64,000 nt of DNA, taken from positions 62,001 through 126,000 of the forward strand of contig JALAGF010003586.1 of assembly GCA_030167865.1 (NCBI GenBank), written 5' to 3'. This stretch comes from Craspedostauros australis (taxonomy: Eukaryota). The notes under the pieces are model-generated. The model made no database searches and was not told the DNA's origin. It worked only from the letters and a program-made list of their open reading frames with translations. How positions within the stretch are numbered: the stretch's first letter is position 1; the number at the start of each line of letters is the position of its first letter. Below are positions 36,454-49,668 of this stretch, piece after piece. A program made the position numbers and the translations under genes.

Positions 36454-38273
36454 CTACGATAGGTGAGAGTCTGATTTCGGACTGCCATCCTTGCGCGAAC
36501 TATCTCTATGCCTGGCAACCTCCGCACATTCTACGCTGTCATCGTCTTCCGTAATGTCTGCATCCTCCTCCTCGTCGTCGTGACAACTGCAGTGATACTG
36601 CCGTTGTTCCAAATGAGAATGCGCGCGCTCGTTGCCAAACGCAAGCGCATCCGACGATTGTTCCCTGACGATGCGCTTGACACCTCGAAAGGTATTGCGT
36701 TGCGACTGATCGGACGTAACGAAGAGGTTGGAATCCATCTCCATGGATAGCTGCGTTCGCGCCGTTCCCGTGCGCGGGCCTGTTATTTGCGCCAACATGG
36801 ACAACGATGAAGAGTCATCGACTGCTGCTGCTACTTTGGATGACGCGCTGGGGGTTGCGTTAGATTTGGGTTTGGGGTCAAGCCAAACCACCTTGCCGTC
36901 TGCCGTGATGCGTGCGACATTGGAAATGAGGTTCTTCGGTCGTCGAGCCGAGGGTCTGAATCGTGAGCCATACGGAGGGGTGGAGACGTTTCGATCGCTT
37001 GGTGATAACGTGCTCAAAGTACAGCGAAGAAGGTACCAGCAGCTCTCGTCTGGATACTTCGATCTCCATTGCTGATAGCGCGGCGTGATGAAGACGATGA
37101 AGTTGAGCATGCCTTGCAACGGGAAGAAGAGGAACGGCAGGAGGATGGGGATGAACCTCGACATCTCGCCTCTGTGACCGTCCACCTCCACTACGTTGGC
37201 CAAGACTTGATGAAACAGAGGCCAAATCCAGGTGTTGAAGTACGCCCTGTTGTCCGAATGCAAGAACGAATGCGAGTATGTATGAGAGAGTTGGGCAGAG
37301 CAGGATAGAGTGCCGTGCACAATCGGATCATGTGATGAGATGAGATATGTAATACAATAGATCGGTGAAAAGAGAGCAGATGGCGGAGAGGATGGGCATG
37401 GTGAGAACATCGTGCGGATACAACTACGCATACTTGCGAAGTCAACGTGGGTAAGATGTTCTCAGCGATTTCCCATCGCTTGATTTTCGGTTCTGCTTCC
37501 AGGCGCGAACCTTTACGAGCAGGACTGACTCACAATGCGTACCGCGTGCACTGCCATGAGACGTTGCGCAGATGCTGGGAGTGCCGCAGGTTCGTGGCAT
37601 GCGATAGAGAACGGTTCATCGTCTTGTCGATGCAGTCCTTGACGGTCCTGTAGAGCAGCCAAGTGCACCCGAATCCGATCAAGCTGACCACGTTGACCAC
37701 CAAGGCTTGCAGGATGGCGAGGAGGTTGCTGTCACCGCGGATGCATTCCACATCCTCGTGCAGGTGGCAGTCCGGCGGGTAGGAAACCATGAGGCATAGC
37801 CCTGACGCGCTTTCCGGATTGAACGCCTCCCTCGTGAGGCCATACAAAGGCAGCGGAAGGCTGAGCACGAAGGCCATGGTGTGGATGATGGGCTCGATGC
37901 GCTTCGACAGTTGCTCGTCCGTGTACTGATATCGTATCTGCAGGACGAAGTTGATGGACAGAAACGCGTTGTATATGGCGACCATGGTCCACAGCACGTT
38001 GAGCATGAAGCCGACGACAGAGCACGAGGCGTCATTGCCGATGGCCACGGGATTCGTCGTCTTGTCGGATGGAAGCATGAGGAAGTGCACGGTGTTGGAT
38101 GCGCTCATGAGGATGTCTGCCGCAGAGAGCATGACCAAGGTGCGGTGATACACCTTGCTCAAGTCCCTGCGCGCCAGCATTATGATCAGCGCGGAACCGC
38201 ATATCGACAGCAGGCTCGATGCGTTGAAGGCGACCAGAAGGAGGATGTATTGTGCGTTGCTGAAGTCTCTCAT
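36454..38273 (-). CDS. 7TM receptor-like protein (cAMP-receptor/Git3-like GPCR); exons 38273-37534 and 37246-36454
   Basis: SLLSICGS...YHRTLVMLSAADI, GNDASCSVVGF, IEPIIH, C...YPPDC...CIRG, and FFPLQGMLNFIVFITPR. Intron GTGAGT...CAG restores the frame. Confidence 0.82.
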
Positions 38274-38341
38274 TGTGATGGTTGGACTGCGGCCATGAAA
38301 AGCGGCGATGTACGACTATTGTGTTGATATGGTAGAGCAGC

Positions 38342-38372
38342 TCGTAGTGTAGTCGTAGTGTAGTCGTAGTGT
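38342..38372. repeat. Short tandem repeat of TCGTAGTGTAG (~3 copies) upstream of the GPCR start
   Basis: ctcgtagtgtagtcgtagtgtagtcgtagtgt. Confidence 0.6.
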
Positions 38373-41300
38373 CGTCGTTGGGTCGAGTTGTGTGAGTGGG
38401 TGTGTGGACTGCGGACAAAATTGTCGTCGATGGATGCTATCTCTTCTCGTGCAACGGCCGTGGCAGTGATGTAACTTACCATTCACCATGCTTCGGCGGA
38501 GCGCCACGCCATTGCCGCTCACTGTGGAGCCATGCACCTGCTGATGACCAAACCTGCAGAAATGCTCCTTCCCAAGGGAGATGGCCTTGTGGAAACCGTC
38601 GAAGTCTCGGTGCCAACTTCAACCGCTGATGCTGCAGACAAACAACTATTGATCCTCGAAGCGGAATACGGGAGCGGCCAAAGAAACGCAGAAGGCAAGC
38701 CTGACATCCCATCTTAAGTGTATCCGTACTACCGATGGTTTGGTGAGCAGACGCGCATCGCTTTCCTGTCTTGACTCGTCGCGTGCCGATTCATCCAATT
38801 CCACCAAATCAACAATTTCATGTGATGTATACCGTATTGTATCGTCGTCTTGGGGCATCACAGATCGGTCAGCAGCAGCATCTTCTTCTCCTGTGTTCCC
38901 CCGCTGTTCGTCGAGGAGACATTCACGGGCACTGGACCCTCCATGGAATCGGCACAAAGAAGTGCAGCCAACAACGAAAGGCAATTTGCAGTTTCGCCTC
39001 CCACCTTTTGCCCGTGAGAAAACGACTTTTGTGACTTCGCATCTTTGTGATCGTGATTGTGCAACCGGATAAATGGAGCATGTCGCTGAGACAGGTCTTG
39101 GACAGAAATGAGCGATACTGCATGGTGTTCGTGTGTCTGTGTGTGAGGGTTTGTACTGACCATGTGAAGAAGCGCATTATGCACGACCCGAAAGATACCA
39201 TTTGGGTTTTGGCGCGCCAACAAAGAACAAGAAGAAAAGGTCATCTGTCGCAAATTGCAAAATCGTCTCCTCGTGACAGAGATCCCAACCTTCTGCCGGC
39301 CACGAATACTCATCGCCCTTGTTCTGAGACGCCTCACCATACGGGCTGCTCGCACGAGCAGAGCGGACGCTTATTTTTCCTATCACGACACTATGCTGGA
39401 TTGCGCCAGTTTGATTCCTTCGACGATGATAATTTCAGGACGAGCGAGGATTGGGAGGACATCACCTGAAGCAGGGCGTCCATTCTCGTCCTCTGTACAA
39501 CTACACTTTCCCTATCTAATCGTACGTGTATTGCATGCCCCGGCAACAGCGACAGAACCTCCACCGAGGCTTTGCAGCAGACACTCTGGACGTATTCCAT
39601 TGCGGAGCATCTCTCTCTCTCTCTCTCGTGCGGATAGAGCCGATGGCCGAAGAGTGGATGAAAGGGGACCGCTCACAGCTCGTAGCATGTCCATGCGAAT
39701 GTACCAGACAATACGGACATGCAGTTAGCATCTGCCTCTCTCTCTCTCTCTCTCACTCTCTTTCCATTTGCTAGTGCTGTTGCTCGTATGGTTTGGCACC
39801 CTCGCACGACGACAAATCCGAGACACCGTCAGCCTCATCACTCGCGTTGGCCAGATAGAAGCGCGGTATTGCATTTTACCAGCTGCGAATACGAACAAGA
39901 AAACAAGGGACGAACAACTGAAAATGGATTCGAGAAGGCTCCGTTCATGCGAGATGATGTGCTTGGATGTGCGGTACGAATGCTCCAACATGCTCGCGAA
40001 TGGAGAGCAGAGAATAGGGCGAAGTATGACAGTGAATCTTCACTCGCACACCAAACACACAACAAGTGTATGTAATCGTAAACGCAGTCCACCTCGAGAT
40101 CTTTCATCTTGATCTTTGGATGTCTACCCCTCTCCGGCCGAAGCGCGTCACGTCTCTGTGCAAAATCCAGATGCATGCCCCAGCCATTGCCTAGACCACC
40201 CCCAGTGATTCCAGAGACAGCAGGGAAAGTGATAGTGGAATGGATCGTACCGACGCCACTCCAAAACTCATACTCGCACGCTGCATTGTGATGTGTTGTG
40301 ACATGGCGTGGTGTGGCGTCCACGCGGGAGTGTGTTTGACCGTGGACCCTTTGCATCAGGTTGACCGAAATCGGTGACCAAATTGATCAATCAGAGACGC
40401 TCAGAGGCAAGTCCGTGTCGTAACCTGGTGGCGCCTCATGTCTCATCTGATTCGCTCGTCGTCGTTGCATCCCCACCACCTTTCTCATTCGCTCGCTGAT
40501 CGTATCCAAGAGTATCTGCGATCGCTTGCCATGCCGCAGTCACGAATACGGATTCTGTGCCAACGTCCTGGCACCGCAGTGCTCATCAATGCAAGGGTGC
40601 GAAATGGAGGATGGCGGATGAGCTATTGGGCTTCATCCTCGCGCATGAGGGAAGGAACAAAGCGAAAGGAGCCATAGGGAGAGAGAAGTTCTCTCCTCTG
40701 CATGGCTGGGGAAGAGATCAGGTATAATACATAGAATATCATATTCGTACGCTCGTACCTGAAGTGAATGTGGATGTGGATGTGAACCTGCGTAGGTGGA
40801 CATGGATTCACGTGCACGTTCACGTTCACGTTCGTGTCCGCTGCGTGTATCCACAAACGGGACCGCGATTTGGTCAGCGGACATGCGTTGCCCCCGATCA
40901 AAAGAGGCGATCCAAGAGAAGCACAAGAGGGGGAAGACAACACAGCGGGCAGATCGCAGCCCGCAGGTCGCATAGTAGCTCGCACACGAAGAGATGAGAG
41001 GATGTCCCTCCGAGTGACGGGAATGGAAATTTGGGATGATACGAGACGAGCGGATGCGGGTGAATGCAGTGACGCGGTTGGTCTTCGTCACGTACAATCC
41101 CTGTCGAGATGAACCGAGGCCAGGAGCCGATTTGCCGGTGCCAACGCCGTATCCATGTGCGTGCATACGGCACGAGCGCGGTGTTGGCCTGGTCTGGCAA
41201 GAGCATAGCACATGGGAGCTCGTGGAGGCCTGCGTTCCTGGCCAGTATCACTGACCTGCACACTGTACAACTCACACAAATACCATACGAGGTACAGTAT

Positions 41301-43153
41301 CACGAGCAGATGGATACCCGCGTTGGATGCAGACGGTGTTAGTTGATACTCCACATCCGCGGTTCGACATTCGCGCTCGACAACATTGATGGAGACTTGG
41401 GGAGAGCGAAACAGTCTGTTGGCGCTTTTTGCTCGAATCCGTTCACCCCAACTCCACCAGAAATCCCAACTTCGATTCCAGTCGGATGCTCCTCCCACAA
41501 CGACTCCATCCGCGCCACGAGCCCAACTCCAACTCCTCCCTCATACTCGTACCATGGCTCGCCATTGAGTAGTGGCACGTGCGGGCAGGACGCTGCTATG
41601 GGTACTAGCCGGGCTGGTATGAATAGAAACAACTCGCGCAATGCTTCACCAGAGCAGCAACACCCGCCCAACAAGGAAGGGCCACTCTGCATGAGCATGT
41701 TTGGAGCTGCGCACGTCAGCGCATCGCCACGACCCAGCAAAAGCGCAAAGGGACACGAAGGAAGCGCAACGCTGCCACAGGCGCCCATCATAGCGACACT
41801 CGTTGTTCGCGCTCCTACGGCATCTTCGCTCTTGTGTCCCGTAAGAAAACCGAAAGTGTCGAAACGAGAGCCATTTGACACGGCCTTGTGCGCGTTTGCG
41901 CCCTGCCGGAGATTAATAAAGGCACGAATCACGAGTTGAGTTACTGTTGGTCCCGCCTCATTTATGCATTCATCATCGGTTGTGAACCGTGAACCTGCAT
42001 TTTCGCCGACATTCACTCGCGAAGGGCACGACTGTGGGTCATTGAGCGTGTCGTTCGGTGCTGTCACAAGACACGTCACTGGGAATCGCTCCAAGACTGC
42101 CCTCGTCAATTTGGATCATGGATGGAACGTCGGCTTCAACGTTGGGACCGATTCGGTGACTTTCCCACAAAATCGTTTTCCATCACAGCTTCTGTGTTGC
42201 TTGATAAAAGGTTGGTCCACGAGCACGAGCAGCATCCTCACACGGAGTAGCAATTCACGCTCGTGCTGGTACACCACCGATACAAAGAGCGACGAAGGAA
42301 CGCCACGCCAACACGCACGACACTGAAGCATCAGCAAGGAGCACAGGTGCGAATCAGCGACACGCAGATAGCACGAAAAAGTCATCTCTCGAAACACGAA
42401 GACGCCGCTCCGAACCGGGTGCGTCCAACATCCAACCCCTGTGTGGAAGAAACAGGCAGAAAGAACCGAGAGCACAGAGGCCTTTGCCATCCAGATGAGG
42501 AACAGGCACCCACACAGTAATGCATTGACTGCGTGAACCGTCGTGGTATTGCTCGCACGTGAGGAACGTCTCGGAGATCGATTGTTTGTGTCTGCTGCTC
42601 AGCAAAGCGGACCACAGACTATTCGGCTCCCAGGGAGAGGCGGTCTCTCTTTTGTGGGACAACGAAACGGCAACAGAAACAACCAACCAGAACGGCACCG
42701 AAAGCATCCTCGCAGGCTCCGTCCGTCGCCGCTGCCACAGAGGGCGTCACCTCCACTTCGCTCATTTCCATTGTCTTCCTCGGCATCACAAGAGGTGTGA
42801 ACAGCAGGAAATCGTTGCTCCTCGCCATCAGCAACTGCACTACTAACATTCAGAGCAGCAGTGGCAGAAGCAGAAACAGAAACAGGACCAGAAGCAGCAT
42901 AACTCTCCAGGAGGTCCCAGAGGTGCAGTGTCCATCCGACTTCCATCCGACTTCCACCTTCCAAAACAAAGCAAAGGAAGCCAAGCCAAGTCGCGGAGGC
43001 ATCAAGGCGCGGCATCGTCGATCGCCCATCATCTTGCCTCGGCATCGCCTACAATCGATTCGAATCATCTGATCCGTGGACGAACTCCAACGATCCCTTG
43101 GTGCGATACGTGTAGAAGACGTGGTTGCCAACGTCACCGCAGCAGTCGATGAG

Positions 43154-45265
43154 ATGGCAAGCAGCAGCATACCCACGATAGTGTGCGATGTGGAGCACGT
43201 TGTGGTGTCCAACCTCGACATCATTCGGGAGGAGCACAACAGCCCATCCCCTTCGTATGCCTCGGATGATGTCTCCTCCATCGGAATGGGATCCATCGGG
43301 GAATCAGAGGCACCACCGTCCGTGCACTCCTACCCGTACATTCCACAAGACCGTTACGTGACGGGCAGCCACCATCACGGGAGCATACGCCGCTCGCATC
43401 GTCGAGGTGCGTCCATGGAGACCTGCAACTATGTTGCCGAGTATGATGGAGGCATCCCGAGAGGGATCACCGCATACAACAGATCTCGACGCCATGGAGG
43501 CATGTCATGCCATAGCTCATCGAAGCGCAGCGTGATCGAAGGCGACAGGTGGGAGCAGTACAGCGTCGATGGTTCTGCCGCAACGAACGATTCAAGGCCC
43601 GTAATCCCGCGCCGTAGCATGAGCTCAGGAATCAGGAAAGACGTTGCGCTGGCCCCGAGCAGATGCTCGAACGACGCACGGTTGCAGCACTACTCGAACA
43701 ATCTCCAGCAGCAGCAACAGCAGCAGCAGCAACAACAACACAACTTTCAGCACCAGAACCAGTACCAGCAGCAACAATACCATCACAATCACCAACAGCA
43801 CTCGTCACAATCACATTCCCAAGCTGGATCTCAATCCCAATCGCAGTACCCCCATTGCCACAGCAATCGGGGACCTTCGGCCGGCGGATACGATCGGTAC
43901 CATCCTGGTAATAGCTTGCAACCGAGACCGAATGGAAATGGCCGGCCGGATAGGATGATGCGCGGTCAGGCTGCTGCCACTGAGCAACCGAGATATACCA
44001 ATCGGGCAGGCTCGATGTCTCAGAGAAGCGCCAGCGGAAGGAGCAGTTGCAGTGGGGGCCAGGGCGACCAAGGTTTCCCCGGACCTGGCAGGATGGCAAC
44101 ACCTTCGCAGGCATCGCCTATGATGCACCGACGGTATTCCTCGGGACGATCGCGCCCACAGACTCCGACCGATGCTGCGGGAAGGACAGTCATCTCTGCG
44201 CCAGCCCCAAGGCACGGCCATGCGAGTCCCCACTCATACGGTTACCCAAACATTGGTACACAGTCACGACCACAGCCACAGCCCCAGCCACAACCGCAAC
44301 TACCTACACATACACATACACATACACACGGTCCCTCCAACGCACAGGTGCACTCACGGTTGCAGCCGCAGCAGCAGCATGGGAACAGCTGCGCATTCCC
44401 GCGGCAGTCACCGATCACATCATCGCATTGTCAACGCACCAGCGGGCCACCCACGATGAGACCATCGCCATCAGAGGTATCAGTCACACGTCAAGACTCG
44501 GAGCAACCCGAAGCACCTAACGGCGCGGACGTTCGTAGGTCGACCATGCACCTGCAAACGTTGGTCTCACCAACCTCGCTGTCGAAACAAAAGCGTGGCA
44601 GGCATTCGTTCGATGCTTCGCTCAAGTGGGACACAGGTGAGCGGCAGCATCGGCACCCTTATCAGTTCCGGCATCGACGATTCCTGGAACCATGTCGCAG
44701 CAGCTCGTCTCCAACCAGAAGCTACAGCGAAGAGGGCTACGGACCCAAGGACCTCATTAACTCCCAGCCGCCGAAACCGGTTCGCCGATCCATGCCGCAC
44801 CTGCCACCGCGTCCCCCACCGCCGCCGCCGCTCACGCCAGTGACGAGACCGCCACCAATCTCAATGCTTTCTCCCGAGCCGCAGTCCATGACGGTGACGT
44901 CCGTGTCCACCACCTCATCCTCGCCTGCCGAGGCTCCGAAGAGACCCGTCGAGGTGGAGATCGCACCCGGTATCTGGATGGAGCTGCGCGGGGCGAACGA
45001 AACTTGGGAGGCAGTGTCGACCGGGCAATACTGCCCTGCTACATGCCTCGACTGCAATACATCGCTCCTGTGCGTGATGGACGCCCAATCCATCCTCTGC
45101 CCAACCTGCAAGGTGGTGTCACCCATCCTGGAGGACCCAACCGGGGTGAGAAATGGACAAACGTTGCGCGGCGTGGGCTTGGGCTTCACTCCCGACCAGC
45201 TGATACAATGGCAGTCCGATCTCGCAAGAGGAGTCGATGTGCGGCGAACAATCTTGGGCTCCTAA
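43154..45265 (+). CDS. Disordered Q/H/P/S-rich protein with a C-terminal LSD1-type (CxxC...CxxC) zinc-finger-like domain
   Basis: ORF of about 703 codons from the first ATG. C-terminus VEIAPG..LRGANETW...CLDC...LLCVMDAQSILCPTC...GVGLG. Confidence 0.72.
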   Translation: MASSSIPTIVCDVEHVVVSNLDIIREEHNSPSPSYASDDVSSIGMGSIGESEAPPSVHSYPYIPQDRYVTGSHHHGSIRRSHRRGASMETCNYVAEYDGGIPRGITAYNRSRRHGGMSCHSSSKRSVIEGDRWEQYSVDGSAATNDSRPVIPRRSMSSGIRKDVALAPSRCSNDARLQHYSNNLQQQQQQQQQQQHNFQHQNQYQQQQYHHNHQQHSSQSHSQAGSQSQSQYPHCHSNRGPSAGGYDRYHPGNSLQPRPNGNGRPDRMMRGQAAATEQPRYTNRAGSMSQRSASGRSSCSGGQGDQGFPGPGRMATPSQASPMMHRRYSSGRSRPQTPTDAAGRTVISAPAPRHGHASPHSYGYPNIGTQSRPQPQPQPQPQLPTHTHTHTHGPSNAQVHSRLQPQQQHGNSCAFPRQSPITSSHCQRTSGPPTMRPSPSEVSVTRQDSEQPEAPNGADVRRSTMHLQTLVSPTSLSKQKRGRHSFDASLKWDTGERQHRHPYQFRHRRFLEPCRSSSSPTRSYSEEGYGPKDLINSQPPKPVRRSMPHLPPRPPPPPPLTPVTRPPPISMLSPEPQSMTVTSVSTTSSSPAEAPKRPVEVEIAPGIWMELRGANETWEAVSTGQYCPATCLDCNTSLLCVMDAQSILCPTCKVVSPILEDPTGVRNGQTLRGVGLGFTPDQLIQWQSDLARGVDVRRTILGS

Positions 45266-45772
45266 ACATGATGATCCACTCTGTTGGAGCAGTTTAGAAA
45301 CGCTGGATCTTGGAAGAACTTCATAATCATTGCCGACATCAAACGTGGATGTTGGGTTACGAACGGGACGCCGCACACAGGCGCAAACAGCCTTGCTGGT
45401 CAGTCCACCTTCGTCGAAAGGACGGCGCTCCGAGACGAGCGTACGTTCTTATAATACAATACAATACAATTACCTACAGTTACAGTTACAGATACATAAT
45501 ACTCATAATACATGCATGGCGTTGTGTCAATACACATAGCATTGCACTTACAGAATAAACACAAGAAACCATAGAGCACCATAGAGAGAGAGAGAGAGTA
45601 ACGCCTGTCACTGCGAATATTAGCTAGTCTTGATTGCATTGTTGCGACTGGTATGCGGATGGGAGTTCCTTGAATCCGCCATCCTGTGTCTCGTGGATTG
45701 ATGGCTCAACTGCCGCGAAGAAAGGTTGACGTCTCATCGTCCGGGTGAAGCGTTCACAGCAGACTCCTGAAT

Positions 45773-47696
45773 CTACACACCAAATCCTTCCATTCGGAAT
45801 CTGGAGGCCAACTCGTCTTGGCTGTGACGTTTGGAATGGAATCAAGTTCAATGTTGTTCAAGAAGCGCATGAGAGAGCAGGCAGGTGGTGAAAGAGTCTG
45901 TCAGCGTGATGTTATACCACATGCATGCGCGAGACCAGGATGCTCTCATCGCATCGTATCGCATACATCTTCTCCCAAAAACGGAGCACGGGCACATCAA
46001 ACCATCGCTTTGCGTTTGTGCTTACTTACCTGATGTAGCATCCCATCACAGTCCTGGGGGCAGCTACGCTGGATTCAAACGCGCGCCTCGCATGCAGGCA
46101 TCTCTGTCGTACGAGCATGTTGATTTCAAGTTTCGATATCGAGATCATGGAATGTCGTGTCGCGTAGAAAATAGATATGTAAAAGGAACGAACAGTGAGT
46201 GGCTGAGCAGAAGCAAGCAACGCCGGCAACAAGCAAATGCGGTTGACGATGCACCGGACTACCATACGAGTACAAGAGCACATCATGAGCTGATCCTTGG
46301 CCACCATCGACCACATCAAAGGGATGGAACTTACCTGATTCGCAACGACCACTGTGTCGCCAACGTCCAGACGCATTTGCAGTTGAAACTCCTTCGATGT
46401 GAGCAGCGCATCCCAGGCGTCGTGTGCTTCCTCCAGCTCTCTGTAGAACTTGTCGGCGTCGGCCATGCGGTTGGCCGGCGGGATGTCAGGCAACCGATCC
46501 AAATCGTTGTGCCGGATCCTTCGGATGCAACCGTGCGGCGAGACGTCGATGACGGGTCCGCTGGCCTCCGTGTGCCAGCCGGTCGCATCGTCCTTGCTGC
46601 GGTACGTGCGTTCCGTGGTGCTGAGGATTCGGAACGCTTCGGGATCGGTCGCTTTCAGCGCATGCGCGGCGGCAATGCCATCGCACAGCACGGTCTCTCC
46701 TCCGTTCTCGGCCGGCTGGACCATGGTGAAGATCTGCAAGCCCGGCGGATCTCCAAAGTACGTCATGTCCGTGTGCAGCGGAATTCCTGACATGCCGTAC
46801 GCCGAATCGGCCTGGCTGGTTCCATCAGCCTGGCCCTTGGAGGACGTGGCCCAAACGCCACCGTACATGGTGTGCATGGGCCCGTCGGTTGCGTCCGGCA
46901 GAACGACTTTGGACGCGTCGTAGTCGTCCGATGCGCCTCGGCGCTTGTGGTACGCCCAGAGACTAGTGTCGGCGTTGGACTTGACGCTGCCACCACCCAG
47001 CGCGGCTCCCAGCACGGCGATGCCAGCGCCGTCGACATCGGGATCCAGCATGGTGTTGGTGATCAGCACGATGCCGTATCGGTAAAGCGCTGCCAATGCA
47101 CGTCGCATTCCATCTTCCGACGACACGGCGTCGTCGTACTCGATGGACAGTTCCGGAGAAGAGCGCACGGACTCCTCCGTCAGGTTCTTCCAAGGCGTTT
47201 GGTCGGGATGGAAGACGCCCTTCGTTTGGGCGATCGCCTGCTCCAGGAGGTATCGGTCATGCGTCGTGGCGGAGCCGTCCGTCCATGAGAGGCGCACCAT
47301 TTGATCAGCGGGCATGATGTCGGCAGACACGACGGACGCCGTCTTGGCTGCATCATTCATGGTGGATCTTCGTGACTTGCGATAGTTGAGGACAACGTTG
47401 CCGCTGATCGCATCCACCGGCACGTCGGTGCGTTGGTGGGTGATGGGGTCGAACTTGCTTGCCGCCGCCGCACGCAGGAAGTTGGTGGGCAGCATACGGA
47501 CATCATCGAGCAAGCTCTCCATTCCGTGTTCGCCACCTTGCGTTGGCAGCTCGGCCATGGAGTTGAGGAGACGGAGCTGGCCAGCATGGTGTGCGCTCAA
47601 GGTTGCGCGACCTCCGTGCATGATGGATCGCACGAACGGACGCGTATGGGCCCTGCAGGCCGATCGTGCGGCTATCGCTGCGGCTTGGTTCATCAT
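45773..47696 (-). CDS. Mitochondrial trimethyllysine dioxygenase / gamma-butyrobetaine hydroxylase family (TauD fold); exons 47696-46335, 46103-46030, 45821-45773
   Basis: Presequence-like N-terminus. Motifs AY...IPLHTDMTYFGDPPGLQIF, GGETVLCDG and VVVANQ|RCLHARRAF...RTVMGCYIS|QDELASRFR, with two GTAAGT...CAG introns. Confidence 0.87.
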
Positions 47697-49668
47697 GGTG
47701 AGTGTTGTCAAGTATCGTCTTACTATACTACTATGATACGTATGAGCTATACGCACAGTGGTGTCGGAGCGGAAGTGGTTGTATTATAGAACACGTACGA
47801 GAAATGTGGAGTGCAGATCGCGTGGTAGTGGATTTTATGATCTCAGAGTCAAGGGGGCTGCTGGACGGGCTTCCAACAGGTCGCATGGGGAGGGTACTCG
47901 GGTGTATCGTGTTCTTTCATACTGCTGTTCTTGTTTTGCTGTTCTGGTTCGTTGATGGATGTTGTCTGGATTTGTCTCCTCACCTGCCCAACCGCCCCGG
48001 AAGCACTTGTACTAACGTAAGTGTTCTGTGACTGTCTCGGTACGAACCTGGGACGTGCACAACCGCGTTGTGCCATGGCGCGTGGATGTGGTTGTTTGGT
48101 GGGGCTTGGCCACGCTGGGAGTTGGGTAGGCCTGTCCATTTCAGGTTCGTTCCGCAAAGGAAGATCTTCGAGTATGACATTTCTTCTGCATAAGTAATTT
48201 AACGTCAATGTAACGTAATTCTCAATGAGAACATCATCCCCAGCACACAACACAACGGGGCGTTCAGCAAAACGTCCCAAACGCTTCCCCGTATGCGTTC
48301 TCTCTTGTTCTTGCTCACGTCATTTCCACGAACAACGAACAAGAAGCCCCAACGACGAATGGACAGACCATACTTCTGAATTTGAAACCAAGGGCATATG
48401 TCGCCTCTTCGATACTTCTTTGAAGATTCCATGCGTACTACACTCACAGTATAAAGATAGTCGTGGCCGACACGCGAAATGGAGTTAATTCGTCGATTTC
48501 TTGGCGAGACATTGGGGTTCTGTCAAAAACATGGCGTAAATTCGCATTTGCGACGCTGGAGAAGAAAAGGCAAGCCAGTTGGTGGGAAGAAAAGGACGGA
48601 CGAGGAAGAACACAGACACGCTGCGCTCGCGAGAAACCACGACCAAACAGCGGCGGTCGTGCGATCACGAGTTTTGCGGTGTTTTGCGACAACACAGTGG
48701 TCCATCGTGTCGTATCCGTGTTGTTTCTTGTCGTGTCGTTGCATGTCGTTGCATGTCGTTGCATGTCATGTCGCTCTTCGCGTTGTGACTGTGATGCCAG
48801 TTTCCGCGGCGTTCTGCCTTGTGGCATGTGGTGTCACGGAGCAAACCGGCTCGTGTGTGCAGCGTGAGCGCGGCTTCTTGTTTTTGCGCCTTTTCTTTGT
48901 TCTTGGCTGGTTTCTCTGGTGCATTCCTCTCTTCCCTTCATGTGTGTGTGTGTGTGTTGAGGAGAGCAGAGCAGAGCAGAAACTCTTTGCTGTTTTGCTG
49001 GATCACCTCATCCCTGTCGCCCTGTGAAGCCATCGACCAGCTAACCGTTCCACCTTCTTTCATTCTCCCGCCAACCCGCCTTCGCTTCCATCTCCATGCC
49101 ATCGCTGCTGCTCCTTCAGCCGTGGAAAGAGCACCGCAATACCAACAGAGAGAGAGTGTGTGTGTGAAGTTGGTGGGAACTAAGCCTTGAGTGGAGGGAG
49201 AAGAATCTTTCTTGCCCTGTTTTTTTTTTCTTGATTTTCTCATCCATCCTTCTTCTGCCTGCTTGATCCGGAGAATACGCAGCGCAGAATAGCAGCAGCT
49301 GAGGCATCGCGCTGGTTGATCGTCCGTGTTGCGGAACGACGTGGACACTGGGCCACTCAGCACGGCTTGGAGCAGAGGGAAGCGCAGGCTCGCACACAGA
49401 CACACAGCAGAGAGAGCGCAGACACAATAATACACACAATAATACACGACTCGTGCAGAAAACGAGCACCCTCCAGAGGAAGGAACCAAGAATACTCGTA
49501 CGGGCGCAAGCGGAAGCAGAAGCGTGGCGGCGAAGCAACAGAAATACAGGTGTGAAACAAGGGAGAGCAAACGAGCATCAACAGGTGCCAAAGCATCGCA
49601 CAGAACAGCACGCAGAACAGCACGCAGTACAGAAGACAGAGCTCAGAGCACGGAGTAGCTCACGAACC

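Noticed and set aside
41339-42109. 256-aa minus-strand ORF overlapped by a 198-aa plus-strand ORF
   Set aside because: Non-ATG starts, no recognisable motifs and no clear coding bias, so not called as a CDS.
42563-43153. Stop-free frame upstream of and in frame with the Zn-finger ORF, separated by one TGA at 43070 (possible readthrough or selenocysteine)
   Set aside because: The upstream segment has no ATG and no protein-like features, and I see no SECIS. It is more likely 5' UTR.
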